Of a stretch of 64,000 bases of DNA, positions 38,159-51,185 are shown piece by piece. Every line of letters starts with the position of its first letter. Within the stretch, counting starts at the first letter, position 1. Position numbers and translations under genes: made by a program. The stretch lies in the NCBI RefSeq assembly GCF_009914755.1, contig NC_060926.1, one strand, 5' to 3'. The DNA comes from the human T2T-CHM13v2.0 reference genome, Homo sapiens. Under the pieces are notes generated by a model. The model was given only the letters and a program-made list of their open reading frames with translations, ran no database searches and was not told the DNA's origin.

Positions 38159-38599
38159 ACCTTCAAACCTTCTTAGATGGTTCTTTCTCCAGCATGTGTT
38201 AATCTGAATAATCAGGTGAAACCCTCTACAGACATCCAGAATTCTCTCTTGGAGCAGCTTTCTTCATTCCAGTATTCTGTCCTTTATGTACCCAGATGCT
38301 TACCTCCATCTCCGCAAATCAAGAGGTCTGCCAGACCACTCTGGATTCCTCCTCCTTGCACCAAGATCTAGAAACTATTTCAAGGATTTAAGCTGGGGAT
38401 GTCATAGCCTCCCCGCTCATTTGGTTCCCTTCTGTCAGGAATCGATGTCCCTCATTGCTAAATGTCCAGTGTCTCGAAAATCATATTTTCATAGATTTTG
38501 TCCATTTTTTTTGTCTGTTTCAGATGAAAATGTAAATTCAGTTCCTGTTACTTCATATTGGTTGGAACCAGAAGGCTTCCAACAAATGCATTTAACCAC

Positions 38600-38966
38600 T
38601 GATATGCTTTGGCTGTGTCCCTACCCAAATTTCATCTTCAATTGTAGCTCCTATAATCCCCACGTGTTGTGGGAGGGACCCAGTGGGAGGTAACCAAATC
38701 ACTGGGGCAGGATTTTCCCATGCTATTCTCATGACAGTGAATAAGTCTCATGAGATCTGATGGTCTTATAAAGGGCAGTTCCCTAACACACACTCTCTTG
38801 CCTGGTGCCATGTAAGGCGTGTCTTTACTCCTCTTCCTTCACCTTCCGTCATGATTATGTGGCCTCCCCAGCCATGTGGAACTGTGAGTCCATTAAACCT
38901 CTTTTTCTTTATAAATTACCCAGTCTCAGGTATTTCTTCATAGGAGTATGAAAATGGACTAATACA
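38600..38966 (+). mobile_element. THE1 MaLR solo LTR
   Basis: tgatatgctttggctgtgtccctacccaaat..gaactgtgagtccattaaacctc..aaatggactaataca; TSD accac on both sides. Confidence 0.93.
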
Positions 38967-39726
38967 ACCACAGCAGTAAAACCAAAAACAGTGAGGGAAT
39001 CAGGATAATAAAAGACAACATAAAAGGTATTTGCTGTGACCATGTAGATATAATCCAACTGGGTAGGGGACCAGGAAGTAAAATAAATTTTGGAGACAGA
39101 GTAGACTTACCTATGGCATTAACCATATAATATAGGTGGGAGTCTTTGGATACAATTTAAAACTGAACAAATCAAGGAAGAGAAGTATACTCATATTTAA
39201 AGAGAATACAGGTAAGAAAAAAATATATGAAAGATAATGTTGATTAAAATAAGATGGCAGCAAAGGAACAAAGAACAAGAAAGTGAGAACACATTAATCT
39301 TACCACTCTGTTCATTAGATAGAACTAATAGATACTACCTCAAGCAATAGAGAACCTAGGTTGTAACTATAGAAGTAATCAATAGGGGGAAAAAGTAAAC
39401 CTTCCTAACATCAAAAGAACTATACTTAGACACACAAAAGTCTGCCAAAAAAAATTTTTTTACATGCCTATCTCAGAGGAAGTAGAGAATCTAAAACAGT
39501 AGAGTTCCATAACAGATACAGAGAATGCTTCTGCCCACAAAGGGAACTACCATCACCACCACTATCCCTACCCTCCAAATAAGGCACTAAATTCACATGG
39601 CATCACAAAGGAATTCTACCAAATGTTTAAAGGGCAGATAAGTCTCCTTCCTTCCTTCCTTTCTATATAAAGATATATATAGAGAGATATTTATCTGTAT
39701 CTATTTATCTATATATATATATTTAC

Positions 39727-40020
39727 AGAGAGAGAGAGAGAGAGAGACTTGCTCTGTCATCCATGCTGGAGTGCAGTGGCAGTGATCTCGGCTCACTGCA
39801 ACCTCCACCTCCTGGGTTCAAGCAATTCTCCTGCCTCAGCCTCCCAAGTAGCTGGGATCACAGAGGCCCACCACCATGTTCGGCTAGTTTTTGCATTTTT
39901 AGCAGAAACGTGGTTTCACCAGGTTGGCCAGGCTGGTCTTGGAACTCCTGACCTCAAGTGATCCACCTGCCTCAGCTCTGAAAGTGCTGAGATTACAGGT
40001 GTGAGCCACCATGCTCGGCC
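39727..40020 (-). mobile_element. AluS-type SINE with microsatellite-converted tail
   Basis: cttgctctgtcatccatgctggagtgcagtggc..gtgagccaccatgctcggcc; adjacent (GA)n/(TA)n/(CCTT)n. Confidence 0.94.
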
Positions 40021-40872
40021 TAGATAAGTACATTTCTACTTAAACTGGTATAGTGAAATATGGGGTGATGAGAACTTCAATATTATTTTATTGTTATAAA
40101 GTAAGTATAACAAGACCAATACACAACAAGATAATCTCACTTATAATTAGATGCCAAAATCTTAAATAAATATTATCAAACAGAATCTAGCAGGAAATGA
40201 AAACAGAGTAAGACATCATAAACAAGTTATCCTTTTCTCAAAAATACAATTACGGTTCATTATTAATAAAACAATTTATAAATTTCATCATTTTAATAGC
40301 TCTGAAGAGAAAAACAATCACATGATCATGAGAAGGCATTTAACCAAATGTAACAGCTACTCATGATTTTTTAAGTGAACAAAATTTTTATTCTTAAAAT
40401 ATGAAGATGAACTTTTTTTACTCTAATAAAATATGTACAGTTCAACTCAAAAGCCAGTATCATACTTGGGAAGAAATATTAAAGTCAGCTACAAGACAAA
40501 AAGTCTATCACCACTATAATTCAGCATTGTACTGCAATTACTAGACAACAAAATTAGGCAAGTGAAAAAAACCAAAGGTATAAAAACTGGAAAGAAATAT
40601 GTAAAATTATCAGTATTTTTAGATAATATTAGAAAGCTCAACACCATCATCCAAAAAAATCATTTATTACAATTAGAGAATTTGGTAGGCTGATAGTGCA
40701 CACAATTAATATGTTATATATATTTATGTATGTATGTCAGCATTTAAAGAAAGATTACATAAATAAATTTTTAAAATGGACAAGGCCTGTATGAAGAAAA
40801 TGTTAAACTACTACTGAAGGAATCACAAAGATGACTTGACTAAATGGAAAGCTGTACCATCTCCTTGGACAC

Positions 40873-41256
40873 TGTACTAGTCTGTTCTCACATTGCTATA
40901 AAGAAATACCCAAGACTGGGTAATTTATAAAGAAAAGTGGTTTAATTGGCTCACAGTTCCACAGGCTATACAGGAAGCATGGCTGGGGAGGCCTCAGGAA
41001 ACTTACAATCACCGCAGACGGTAAAGGGGAAGCAGGTATGTCTTACATGGTCAGAGCAGGACAAAGAGAGAGAGTGGTGGGAGGTGCCAGACACTTTAAA
41101 ACAGCCAGATTTCATAAGAATTCTATCACAAGGACAGCACCAAAGGGGGAAATCCACCTCCATGATCCAATCACCTCCCACCAGGCCTCACCTGCAACAT
41201 TGGTGATTATAATTCTGCATGAGATTTGGGCAAGGCATAAATCCAAACCATATCCA
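40873..41256 (-). mobile_element. MSTA-like MaLR solo LTR (sense to GTDC1)
   Basis: tgtactagtctgttctcacattgctataaagaaatacc..ggaggcctcaggaaacttacaatc..atccaaaccatatcca; TSD gacac/gacat. Confidence 0.9.
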
Positions 41257-41789
41257 GACATGAAGAGTCAACATGTGAAGACATCAATCCTCTTTATCTT
41301 GATCCCAATAAAAAAAAAAAAAACATTGTTTTTGTTTATTTTAAACTAGACAAACTGATTCTAATTTTCATAGCCGAAGACTATGAAAAACAATAGCCAA
41401 GTAAACTCTGTGGGGTTTGGGGGTAGTCAATTGGAGATGAAGACCAACCCTACTAGACATTAAAGAATATTTTAAAATCTCAAAAATATAAAGTATAATA
41501 CTAGTTCAAATATTAACATGCCTATACGACAGCAAAGTCTAGAAATAGATACAAATGCATACGAGGAGTTGGCATATGGTAAAGGTGGCCTCCCAAATCA
41601 GAGATGAACAACTCAACTGAGTTGTTGAGTCAACTTGGTAGACATCTGGAGGAAAAACAAACTGGGATCTAAGCAGGCATGCACCCAGGCAAATTTCAAA
41701 TTATCCAAATGCTTCAATGTAAAAAATATAACCAAAGAAGTACTAAAAGGATTAATGTGCCCTAGAAAATCAGTTCCATATATGTCATA

Positions 41790-42068
41790 GCTTGCTATCC
41801 AATGCAAATGAGTGAGCCACAAATGTGAACAATATATGCAATTTTCAATTTTCTGGTAGCCAGTGAAATTTTCTAGTAGCCATTAAAAAATAAAACTGAA
41901 ACAGGTAAGATTAGAATTTTAACATTATCAACATAATATAAAAATAATGTTTTACATTCTTTATTTGAAATCTTTTAAATTTAGGATATATTTTACAATT
42001 ATAATACATCTAGTTCAGACTAGCCCCATTTCAAGTGTGCCCAATAACCCCATACTAATCAGCACAGT
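41790..42068. mobile_element. MER33-like hAT DNA transposon
   Basis: gtgagccaca..aattttctagtagccattaaaaaat..gaaacaggtaag..cagactagccccatttcaagtg. Confidence 0.75.
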
Positions 42069-42224
42069 CCTAAGAAGTGCAGACTAAGTTCCACAAAGGT
42101 AGGGAACAGGGCTATGTTGTTCACCACCGTTTATCCAGTGCTCGTACAGTTCCTGGATATATTTTCATGACAGCGAGGAGGAAAGAAGTGAGGAATGCAT
42201 CCTGTTTGAGAAACAAAGCCATTT

Positions 42225-42425
42225 CCTATATTAGAAGCCTAGGGTTCAAGTTTTGACTCTAAAATTTCCTAGTGGGTAACTTGGTCAAATCATTTTTCTG
42301 AACCTGATCCGTAAAAGGAGATTCTTCACGCTTATCCACCATTTTGGGTTGCTATCAGGATCAAATGAGATGACACACACATAAGCAATCAGTGAGGCAC
42401 TTTATAAACGTTACCTGTCATTACT
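42225..42425 (+). mobile_element. MIR
   Basis: gggttcaagttttgactct..ctagtgggtaacttggtcaaatca..gggttgctatcaggatcaaatgagatga. Confidence 0.68.
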
Positions 42426-45400
42426 AATACAAAGATCTCTGTCTCTGTGGTCACTATTTCCAGAGGATGCTATGTTTCTGTTTTGATTACTATAGTCCAT
42501 CCATCCTTCACCCATGAAAATGCAGGTTGACACTGTATCATGTTGGTCCATGCTCTATCCTATCCCTGGAAGACTGTTATTTTGATTTGTAAATTTGTGC
42601 TCAATACTTCTTTCTCTATTTCAGCTGCCTCCAAATGGAAACCTCTCTCCTTTAACTTGACAAAGGGAGGCTTTCCCTAGGCATCTCACACTCTTGTATC
42701 CTGCTGGTCTCCATATGGTCTGCAGCACCTACCCTATACCATAATGCTATTCATCCCCTCAGGTAGGCCAGGAACTAGTTACAACGAAAGCCAGAAAAGA
42801 AACTCCAGGATGTTCCTCAGAGAGATTTAGAGAAAGTAAAAAGGGTTGGATACTAGAAATAATCAACTGATGCCGGAAGAAAAAGAGTCACCAAGGAGCT
42901 TCTTTTCAGGAAGCTGGATCCAGGCTTCTTGCATTTTCAATGTTGACCTGCTTCATACCAAAAGGTTAACATTCCATTCTCATCTCTCCTGTTTCCTAAT
43001 TTGTAATTTCTGATTGCCTGGTAAAAACGAGAGTTAGAGAAACTCGTTACTTTCCCATAAAACTTCTTTGATTATTTAAATTATTACGGCTAGCATTTTG
43101 AGTATGTGAGTTAAAAAATAGGAATACTTACATATAGTCAAGTCTTTCAGATTACCCTCAACTAGAATTGAGTCCCTGAGATAAAATAAAAACCTCCTTG
43201 ATTGAGGTCACTTAGACAGCAAGAGTACTTGTGTAATTTCTGAGTGAAACAATTCTCTCATCTGCAGATGAAATGGGATATTCCTTTACTGACAGTAGAG
43301 TAGAAGGAGCATAAACCTGGGTTTTTCTACTGCCTAACACTGAAAAGTGGCCAAACTTTGCACAAATAACTTAATCTCTCAGTATATTTCCACATGTTAA
43401 TTGAAAATAATTATGCTTTGCTTGCTCAATTGTTTTGAAAATATTCACTGCCACTTTCTATGCAGGCTAAAACATTGAATGCCAACCCTCCAGATATTTT
43501 CATGTTCAACCTTGATTTCCTAATGTGATTTAGATATATTTTTCAACACCGAGTGCATGATACAATTAAGCCCAATGTTCCTAAAAGTAGCCAATAGTAG
43601 AAACATGAACCATCCTTCACTCTGTGCATTTAGGAGCACAGAGGAAACTGGTTCTGAACGTCTTCATAAGTTGGGACTATGATACCGGGCTCACCTCAAA
43701 GGTGAAGTAGTCCTGATGCAAACAGAAAGGCCTAAGATCCACTAGACAAGAGTTGCCTACAAAACTCAAGAAGTATAGTTAGGTCACAGCTACTTAGTTT
43801 TCCACATTTATTGAAAGGGCTAAATTTTAATAAATAAGGGTCTCAGTGCTGTTTCTGCAACTTGCATACAGGTTTCCTGGATAAAACTCCTAAGATGGAC
43901 TTAGTACTTAAGTTTCCTGTGAAGAAGGTCTTTGTTTCTACCAAGTTCTTAAGAATAATTTTAAAGCAAGAAGAATAATGTCATATGGAATTTTGTAGTT
44001 TGTTGTTGTAAAGGTGTATCCCTATGTTTCTTTGGGAAAATAATTTCTTTTACTGTTCTCATTCACAAGAACTGTAACATTCCCAGTGTTTGGCTAGTGG
44101 AGCATGAAGTTAGGAACATTACTCAGTAGATGTATTCCAATGAAGATGAAAACATACAGTGGAACAAACAGAAAAAACAGGTAATCTTAAGGCCACAGAT
44201 AAATGACCATACCTAAGTCAGAATTCCTTAAGGGAAGCCAAAAATGCACTGAACGCTCACTGTTTGTTTCATTTTTTCTTTACTTTTTTTTTCCTCTTCA
44301 GTTAAAAGATACGCAATTTGATTGATGGTATTTTTTCCACATTGGTGACATTTTAAATGGAAACCAAGATTTTTTGGGAGTGGTTGTAATAGCTCGATGA
44401 AATCTTTCACATGTGCCAAAATGTTTCATTAATGTAAGTCAGCCAAATAATCTTCTTGCTTTGTAAAAATATTTCTCCTTTAAAAAATGCTTTCTGAACT
44501 GTTAAAAAAAATTAGAGTATTCAGAGTTTAGCTACCAATATATGTGTATTATACTTACTAACACTTTTTCCCTATTTCCTCAAACAGTAAAGATGGTATT
44601 TTTGATGAAGCTAAATAGGAAGTTCTCAAAATTTTTGTGTCAAATAATTACAATTTTAAATCCAATAATTTTAAGTTTGATCAAGTTGATGTGTTTCACA
44701 TTTTTAAAAAACTGCTTGTACCTTTGATAAGGGCCAGGTGGCTGCTGCCTTTAAGTTTGTTGTATTTAGGTCCCATTGGCCAATGACTAGTATGGATTCT
44801 CTTTTAGTCCGTATATTGGTTTTCCTAGTTAAAGTGAGGAGGTAGTTCATGTATGAAGTGTTTGATCAGTGATAGCAAATGTATGATAAAGTAGAAAAAT
44901 TGTCTTTCATTCAACAGAAAATAACATATTTATCATTAAAACAGAAAACTATAGTGATGTACTGGAGGTGACAAATGGGGGAACTTAAACTAAATTAAAG
45001 GGAAATTTCCATAACAGATTCACTAGTAATACTGATTTAATAACCATTTCCTGTCATGAGCTATATTTATCATATACCACCTCTCTGACATGACATTGTA
45101 TTTAATGTTTTTGAGACCCATGTTTTAATCAGATTAAACTCAAGGAAACAGATAGGTATCTGTTTGGCTCTAAGCTTTAGCTTCTGTTTCTTATTTAGTC
45201 ACAAGACTATTACTGCTGGAATCTTTATAAACACATTTGCTGGGACTGCAACAGGAGTCCAGCTTATGTTGTGAAGTCAGAAAAATATGTGCCAGTGGTT
45301 TTCATGATCTATGCACACAGTGCATTACAGAATTATTTAATAAATTAAAGACAACTAATGCAAAATGTGTTCCTTTCCCCCACGGGATTAAGCATCTAAA

Positions 45401-45587
45401 AATACAATTTAGTTTTAGATTCAAATACTAGTTTTTTAGGAACTAAGTAACCAAGAAAAATGTTCAAAGAAAAGTTGGTACAATATTATTCATTATTCAA
45501 ATGTATTTACATAAAACTAAGATCACTAATAAGCTCAATGTTCTTAAAACTAATTTAACTGGTAAGAAATAATAATTTTAATAACTT

Positions 45588-45895
45588 GGCCAGGCATGGT
45601 GTCTCATGCCTGTAATCTCAGCACTTTGAAATACTGAGGTGTGTGAATCACTTTGAGCCCAGGAGTTCGAGAACCTGGGCAACATGGTGAAACTTCATCT
45701 CCGCTAAAAATACAAAAATGAGCTGGGTGTGGTGGTGCATGCCTGTAGTGTCAGCTTCTTGGGAGGCTGAGGAAGGAGGATCAGTTGAGCCCGGGAGATG
45801 GAGGCCGCAGTGAGCTTAGATCATGCCACTGCACTCTAGCCTGGGCAACAGAGTGACACCCTATCTCAAAAATAAAAATCAATCAATAAATAAAA
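45588..45895 (+). mobile_element. AluJ-type SINE
   Basis: ggccaggcatggtgtctcatgcctgtaat..ttgagcccaggagttcgag; TSD aataactt. Confidence 0.95.
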
Positions 45896-46351
45896 AATAA
45901 CTTATGTGACAGTTATGACATTACATTATTTAAAATGCAACATTCTAATAGCATTAGTGAACATATCCAATTAAACACATGAAGAGCTCTGTGGGTCAAA
46001 TATGCCCTCCTTCAAATTCAGACTCTGAAAAAAGCGCTCTGTGGCCCAAGATCTCCCATGGCAGATAAGCTAGCAACAACCCAAAAGTGCCAAACTTAGC
46101 ATTATGTAAGGGTTAAGTCATACATTAAAATTCAATAAATGTTAAAAGTGGAAACTAGGAAATAAAAGAGAATAAAAAAAAAGTAAAAACTGGCCTTTAA
46201 CATTTCAGTCCACAGCACAATGAAAAATATTCTCAGACTTAAATTGACTACATGGTACATTCAACATGCAAAACCATTTTAGTGTAGATATAATAATACA
46301 TAGTTTTTTAATCCATATAAATTGTCTACCTTTTCTTAAAATAGATAATTA

Positions 46352-46729
<378 letters not shown>

Positions 46730-46840
46730 TTAAAAGTGCTGCAGGGCATGCCTGATAGGCACTGATTAGTTAGTAGGCTGTAATCAGGTGAACTAGTACT
46801 AAAGACTATTGAGTAGCATCCACAGCAAGTTATCAGGTAC

Positions 46841-46957
46841 ATTATATATATATATTATATATATAATATATATATATTATATATATATTTTATATATAAT
46901 ATATATATATTATATATATATTTTATATATATATATATTATATATATATATAAAATA
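46841..46957. repeat. Interrupted (TA)n tract, ~115 bp of pure A/T
   Basis: Directly visible. Confidence 0.95.
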
Positions 46958-47899
46958 TGAGAAAAGAGAATATTCTTCAATTGTCCATACATAAGAACAG
47001 GAAATATTTGAAACAATTATTAAGCAATACTTTAAAAGATTTCTATAGAAGGTTTTCTTGTAAGCATTATAATATCATATCTGAGTCTAAGAAGCCTAAG
47101 AAAAATTAGTCCCTCTTATTAGTGAGATTCATTTTAATATTTCTGAGTTTAGATATAGTTTCAGCCTACACTCTTTTTGGTTAATATTGATACAATATTT
47201 TATTAACAATTTAGAGGTTGGGTTTCAGGTGAGCAGAATAAATACACTATGTTTATAAGCATAAGATATACTTTTAAACCAACTTTTAAAATTTCACTGG
47301 ATCTTTCAACATTTGTTTGAAATCCTTACAAGATATTCATCTATTTGTGGCATCATATAGGTCTGTCTCCCCATCTGTCTATGTTTTTCATGAAGACTAG
47401 TATCTGGTACATGTTTTTTTTCCTTCTCCACTTTAGTAGCTATTCATTGGCCCACTACTATGCCATTTCTGTAATACTTGTCCAACAGTTTTCATCAATC
47501 ATTTTTTAATAAAATACAAGCTTTCTTTTACAGGACAAGGGGACATGTAATCAATGTATTTAATTTAATTCTGACTAAATTTCATTCTATATGGCTAGAA
47601 ATTTAATGTCATCAAAATCTATTATTGTCACAATAAATAATCACATTAAAGCATCATACTAAAATCTATAGGGCTGAATTTTTTAAGAGCAACATATACA
47701 CGGTTATTCATCTAGCCTTTTAGTCTTATCTTCCCAAATGTAACTTTCTTACATTACATGGCCAGATTTGTTAAGGAATTCACATCCTGCATGTGCGGAC
47801 ATCTTGAAGAATCCTTTTTTAACAGGATATCCTAACAACACCTCCCCACCCCCAACCAACTTGGTAGCCTGACTCTAGCACACACTCATCTGGTTTGAC

Positions 47900-48062
47900 T
47901 AAAATCATTGCATTACTTGGCAGTGGTTTCCTCATACGTGGCGCTTAGAGCTCATTGAAGCTCAAACAGTACAGGAAATGCAAATCATGCAAACCACCCT
48001 CATGATGGCTACGTACAGTGGCGTGATTGAGCGGCAATACGCACGGCTCGTGGGCTGACCAC
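47900..48062. promoter_or_regulatory. Candidate regulatory element: CpG micro-cluster with ETS/octamer motifs
   Basis: 8 CpGs in 47937-48050; CAGGAAAT overlapping ATGCAAAT (47972-47985); ATGCAAAC at 47987; TACGTG at 47935; no repeat recognised. Confidence 0.45.
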
Positions 48063-48919
48063 ATGAAAGGAGACATTTAAAGACCAGATGAGCAAAAGCT
48101 GGGATAAGTTAGAGAGTATGTGTGAGCTTCAAAGCTGGGAGAATAGCATCCTTATTTAAAATAGGAGTTTTTTATTATTTTTTTTTATTAATAACACCTG
48201 CCTAAGTTCTTTACACTGAGGGAAGTACATGGAGGTAGAGCAAGTCAAACATGCACTATACTGAATATAAGTGGGCCAATCCTTCTTTTTTTAATAGCCA
48301 GGTATGGCAGAAGAGTGGAATACTTTCCATCTATTTTTTTCACAAGATTTTCTACAAGTGTTAACAATTATGAGAAATATTTTCTTTTAGAGAGCTTAAA
48401 AGAAAGATAATCTAGCAAATGCTACAATATTTGCTCATAATTCCTTAAGTGTCAGTTTCATTGCCACGTTAATAAAATTAGTTCCTCCAACAAAAAAATA
48501 AGGAGCTATAATGCTTAGGAATTCTTCAACAAAAGGCTTAGAAACAATATGGAATTTTCTATTAAAAGAATATTTGAACACGGTTAATACAGTAATGAGA
48601 GTGGAAAAATGGCTATAGGAAGTATTTCTTTTCCTTTTTGGAAATGATTTTTTTTAGATGCTTCCAATTTACTACCAATTACAGAAGGGACTAAATATAA
48701 TAAATTAACCAAAAAAATCATTCAATTTTATGTTTCCTTAGCACTTAAAATTATTTTCCAAAGCCCTTTAAGTATCTGTTATTTCATTTGCATACAGGGA
48801 TGAGGGCATCAGGAATTCTATTAAAGCACTGGCTCCCTATATAGGTATAACTCCATATACCTATATAGTTAGAAGCTTAAATAAGTAAATTTTAAAAATA
48901 AGAGTTTAAATAAAGGAGG

Positions 48920-49130
48920 GAAAAGTCTAATGCTCTAGATGAGGAATCAGAAAACCTAACCGTAAATAGCTATATGATACGGGACTTACCACTCTGAAAC
49001 TTAGCTTTTTCAACTGTAAAAAAGGTGCTATTACCAAACTCTTACCATCTTTCCTGACCACTTCTTAATTTGAAAGATCAAATGATACGGTATGTGAGAA
49101 AATTACACAGTGCTATACAAACAGAAAAAA
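48920..49130 (+). mobile_element. MIR
   Basis: gctctagatgaggaatcagaaaacct..tctgaaacttagctttttcaactgtaaaa..aagatcaaatgatacggtatgtga..gtgctatacaaa. Confidence 0.65.
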
Positions 49131-49139
49131 TATTGCACT

Positions 49140-49340
49140 ATTTATGAGGCACTCACATTGTGCCAGCCACTATGTCAGGCTCCAAAAATATATTATCTCA
49201 TTTGGATTAACTTCACCTTCACAATAATACTGTAAGGTAGGTATTATTAGTCCCATTTTAAAAGACAAGAAAACTGAAGCTCAGAAAAGTTAAGCAATTT
49301 CTCCAAAACCTTATAGCTACTAAATGGCAACACTGAGGGT
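49140..49340 (-). mobile_element. MIR
   Basis: cacaataatactgtaaggtaggtattattagtcccatttta..gaaaactgaagctcagaaaagttaagcaatttctccaa. Confidence 0.8.
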
Positions 49341-51185
49341 AACTACATTAGGCCATACAAGGATCTGTTCTCCTATGTTTCACAGTCATCTACTGTGGGT
49401 CTGCATAACTCTTAGTTAGTTATGATTTTAACAGCAACTCAATGCTACCCTCTAAGAAGTAGATTTCAGTAATGCAGAGGTTCTCTAACGTTCCATTGGA
49501 CGCACCAGCTGGAAAGCTGATGCACTTGTTATTTTGAATTGGCCCATATTAATTCATCAACGTCTACTTCTTCCTTAATTTATCCTAAATATAGGCAAAG
49601 ATTACCATGTTTGATAACCAGAAAGAGTACTAGTAACCATAATCTTCTTTGAAGTCTCGAGAGCTACTGCCTTGAAATTTTAAACAAGGGCTGGTTAAGA
49701 ATTTCTGACGAGATGCAACAGGACTTTCTGAGTGACAACTGTCTTCCTTTCCAAGCCAAGGAAGGCAATTGGATGTACAGCCACTAGCAAGCAGGAGTTA
49801 GCTGTTTTCTGTTTTGTTTTTAGATAGCTTGTAAAAGTCTGTAGGAGAAAAGAAGTTAGATTATTTTTAAACAAAATAAAACAAAAATCAATGAGCAGAA
49901 ATTGCTTAAATTTGTCAAAAAGGAAAGCTATAGACATAGGAAAGATAGTTTGTAGAAAAGATTATAAAGTCGTACACAAATGGCAGGCAGGCAATGTATG
50001 TTTGCCTGTATAATAACAGAGCAACTGGCAAATGAAGAAAAGTCAGTGCAGAAGCTACCCAACAGGATGATTCAGATCAGTTGAGACATGGTATTCATTT
50101 ACAGCTAGACAGTCCATCAGGTAACTGAAGCCAGGACAATGCCCAGAAGAGTATGGGTCAATATATCTACTAGGAATACTGAGTTTCTCCTTCTGCCTTC
50201 ATCTCTTGAAAGATATCAAGGATCCTATTAGAGGTACACACCTTAATCCATCTATAGGAAGTCTGAGGTAGGAATATTATGCTACAATCTGAAGGTCAGA
50301 GATTTGAAAGCCATTAGTTACATCATGCCCTGTTTTATAAGAGAAACAGATATAAAAATCAGGCACTGAAGAGCCACAAGTTCAAAGATTTCAGAGATTA
50401 TGTTGTAGAGGGTGGAAGTCCCTCCCTGTAAATTAGATTTGCATTCTGAGGAGGAAGTAATAATGTAGACTGGAAATAAATATGCAAACTAATGGGTTTT
50501 TTAAAATTTGAAATTTCCAGGTAAGACAAAACTAATACATAGATGTATGTGGGTTTTATTTTCGTTTTGTTTTGGATAAGAGTTCATTCCTCTTCAAATT
50601 CTCCATGACAATTCTCAACAGTCCCACTGTCACACTTTCTAGCTGAAAAACAAAGCAGAATCTGCTTGATGATTGAGCCTGTTTCTATTTGCCTTCAGTG
50701 GTAAGAGAAAAATATTATTAATTTAGTCATCCTTTACTTTTGTGTTTAAATTATTTCAAATTCTTTCAGTATTTATTTTCAAACCTGTTATTGATTTTCT
50801 TCAGTGTCCTCTAGGTAATATCAAATTTGCCACATTAGGTTCATGTTATAGAATTCAATACCAAACACTCAAAATCCACCCAGAAATGTCATCACCTAAC
50901 TCTCCTTTTCAGTAACTCACTTAACCTCTCAAGACCTCCCTTTCCTCAGCTGCAAAATGACAGCAGTTTGATTAGAATAACTCTAAAGCCATAACTGTGT
51001 TAATATTTGTCATGTCATCTTAGTGTCAGGTATTAATATCTTAAGATGCTTAATCTTAATAAGAAAAAACAAAGTGACATCACAGAAAATATTATATAAT
51101 AGCAGACAAATAACACCTTATTCATACTACTCTGTGGACAATCATCTACGTGATTATTGTCAAGTCACTGATACCACTTTGTGGT

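Larger units (their letters stand above)
39590..41760 (+). mobile_element. Old L1 (L1M) ORF2 remnant interrupted by Alu and MSTA
   Basis: gaattctaccaaatgtttaaag..gatgccaaaatcttaaataaaatattatcaaacagaatctagcag..gaaggcatttaac..aactagacaaactgattcta..ctagaaatagatacaaat. Confidence 0.8.

Noticed and set aside
44228-44419. 63-codon ORF with CxxC (KCHQCG) suggesting a zinc finger or pseudogene
   Set aside because: No second Cys/His pair, non-ATG start, and no poly(A)/TSD hallmarks.
48001-48060. C/D box snoRNA-like pattern ATGATGG..CTGA
   Set aside because: Imperfect C box, no terminal stem, short, and antisense to the host gene, whereas intronic snoRNAs are sense.
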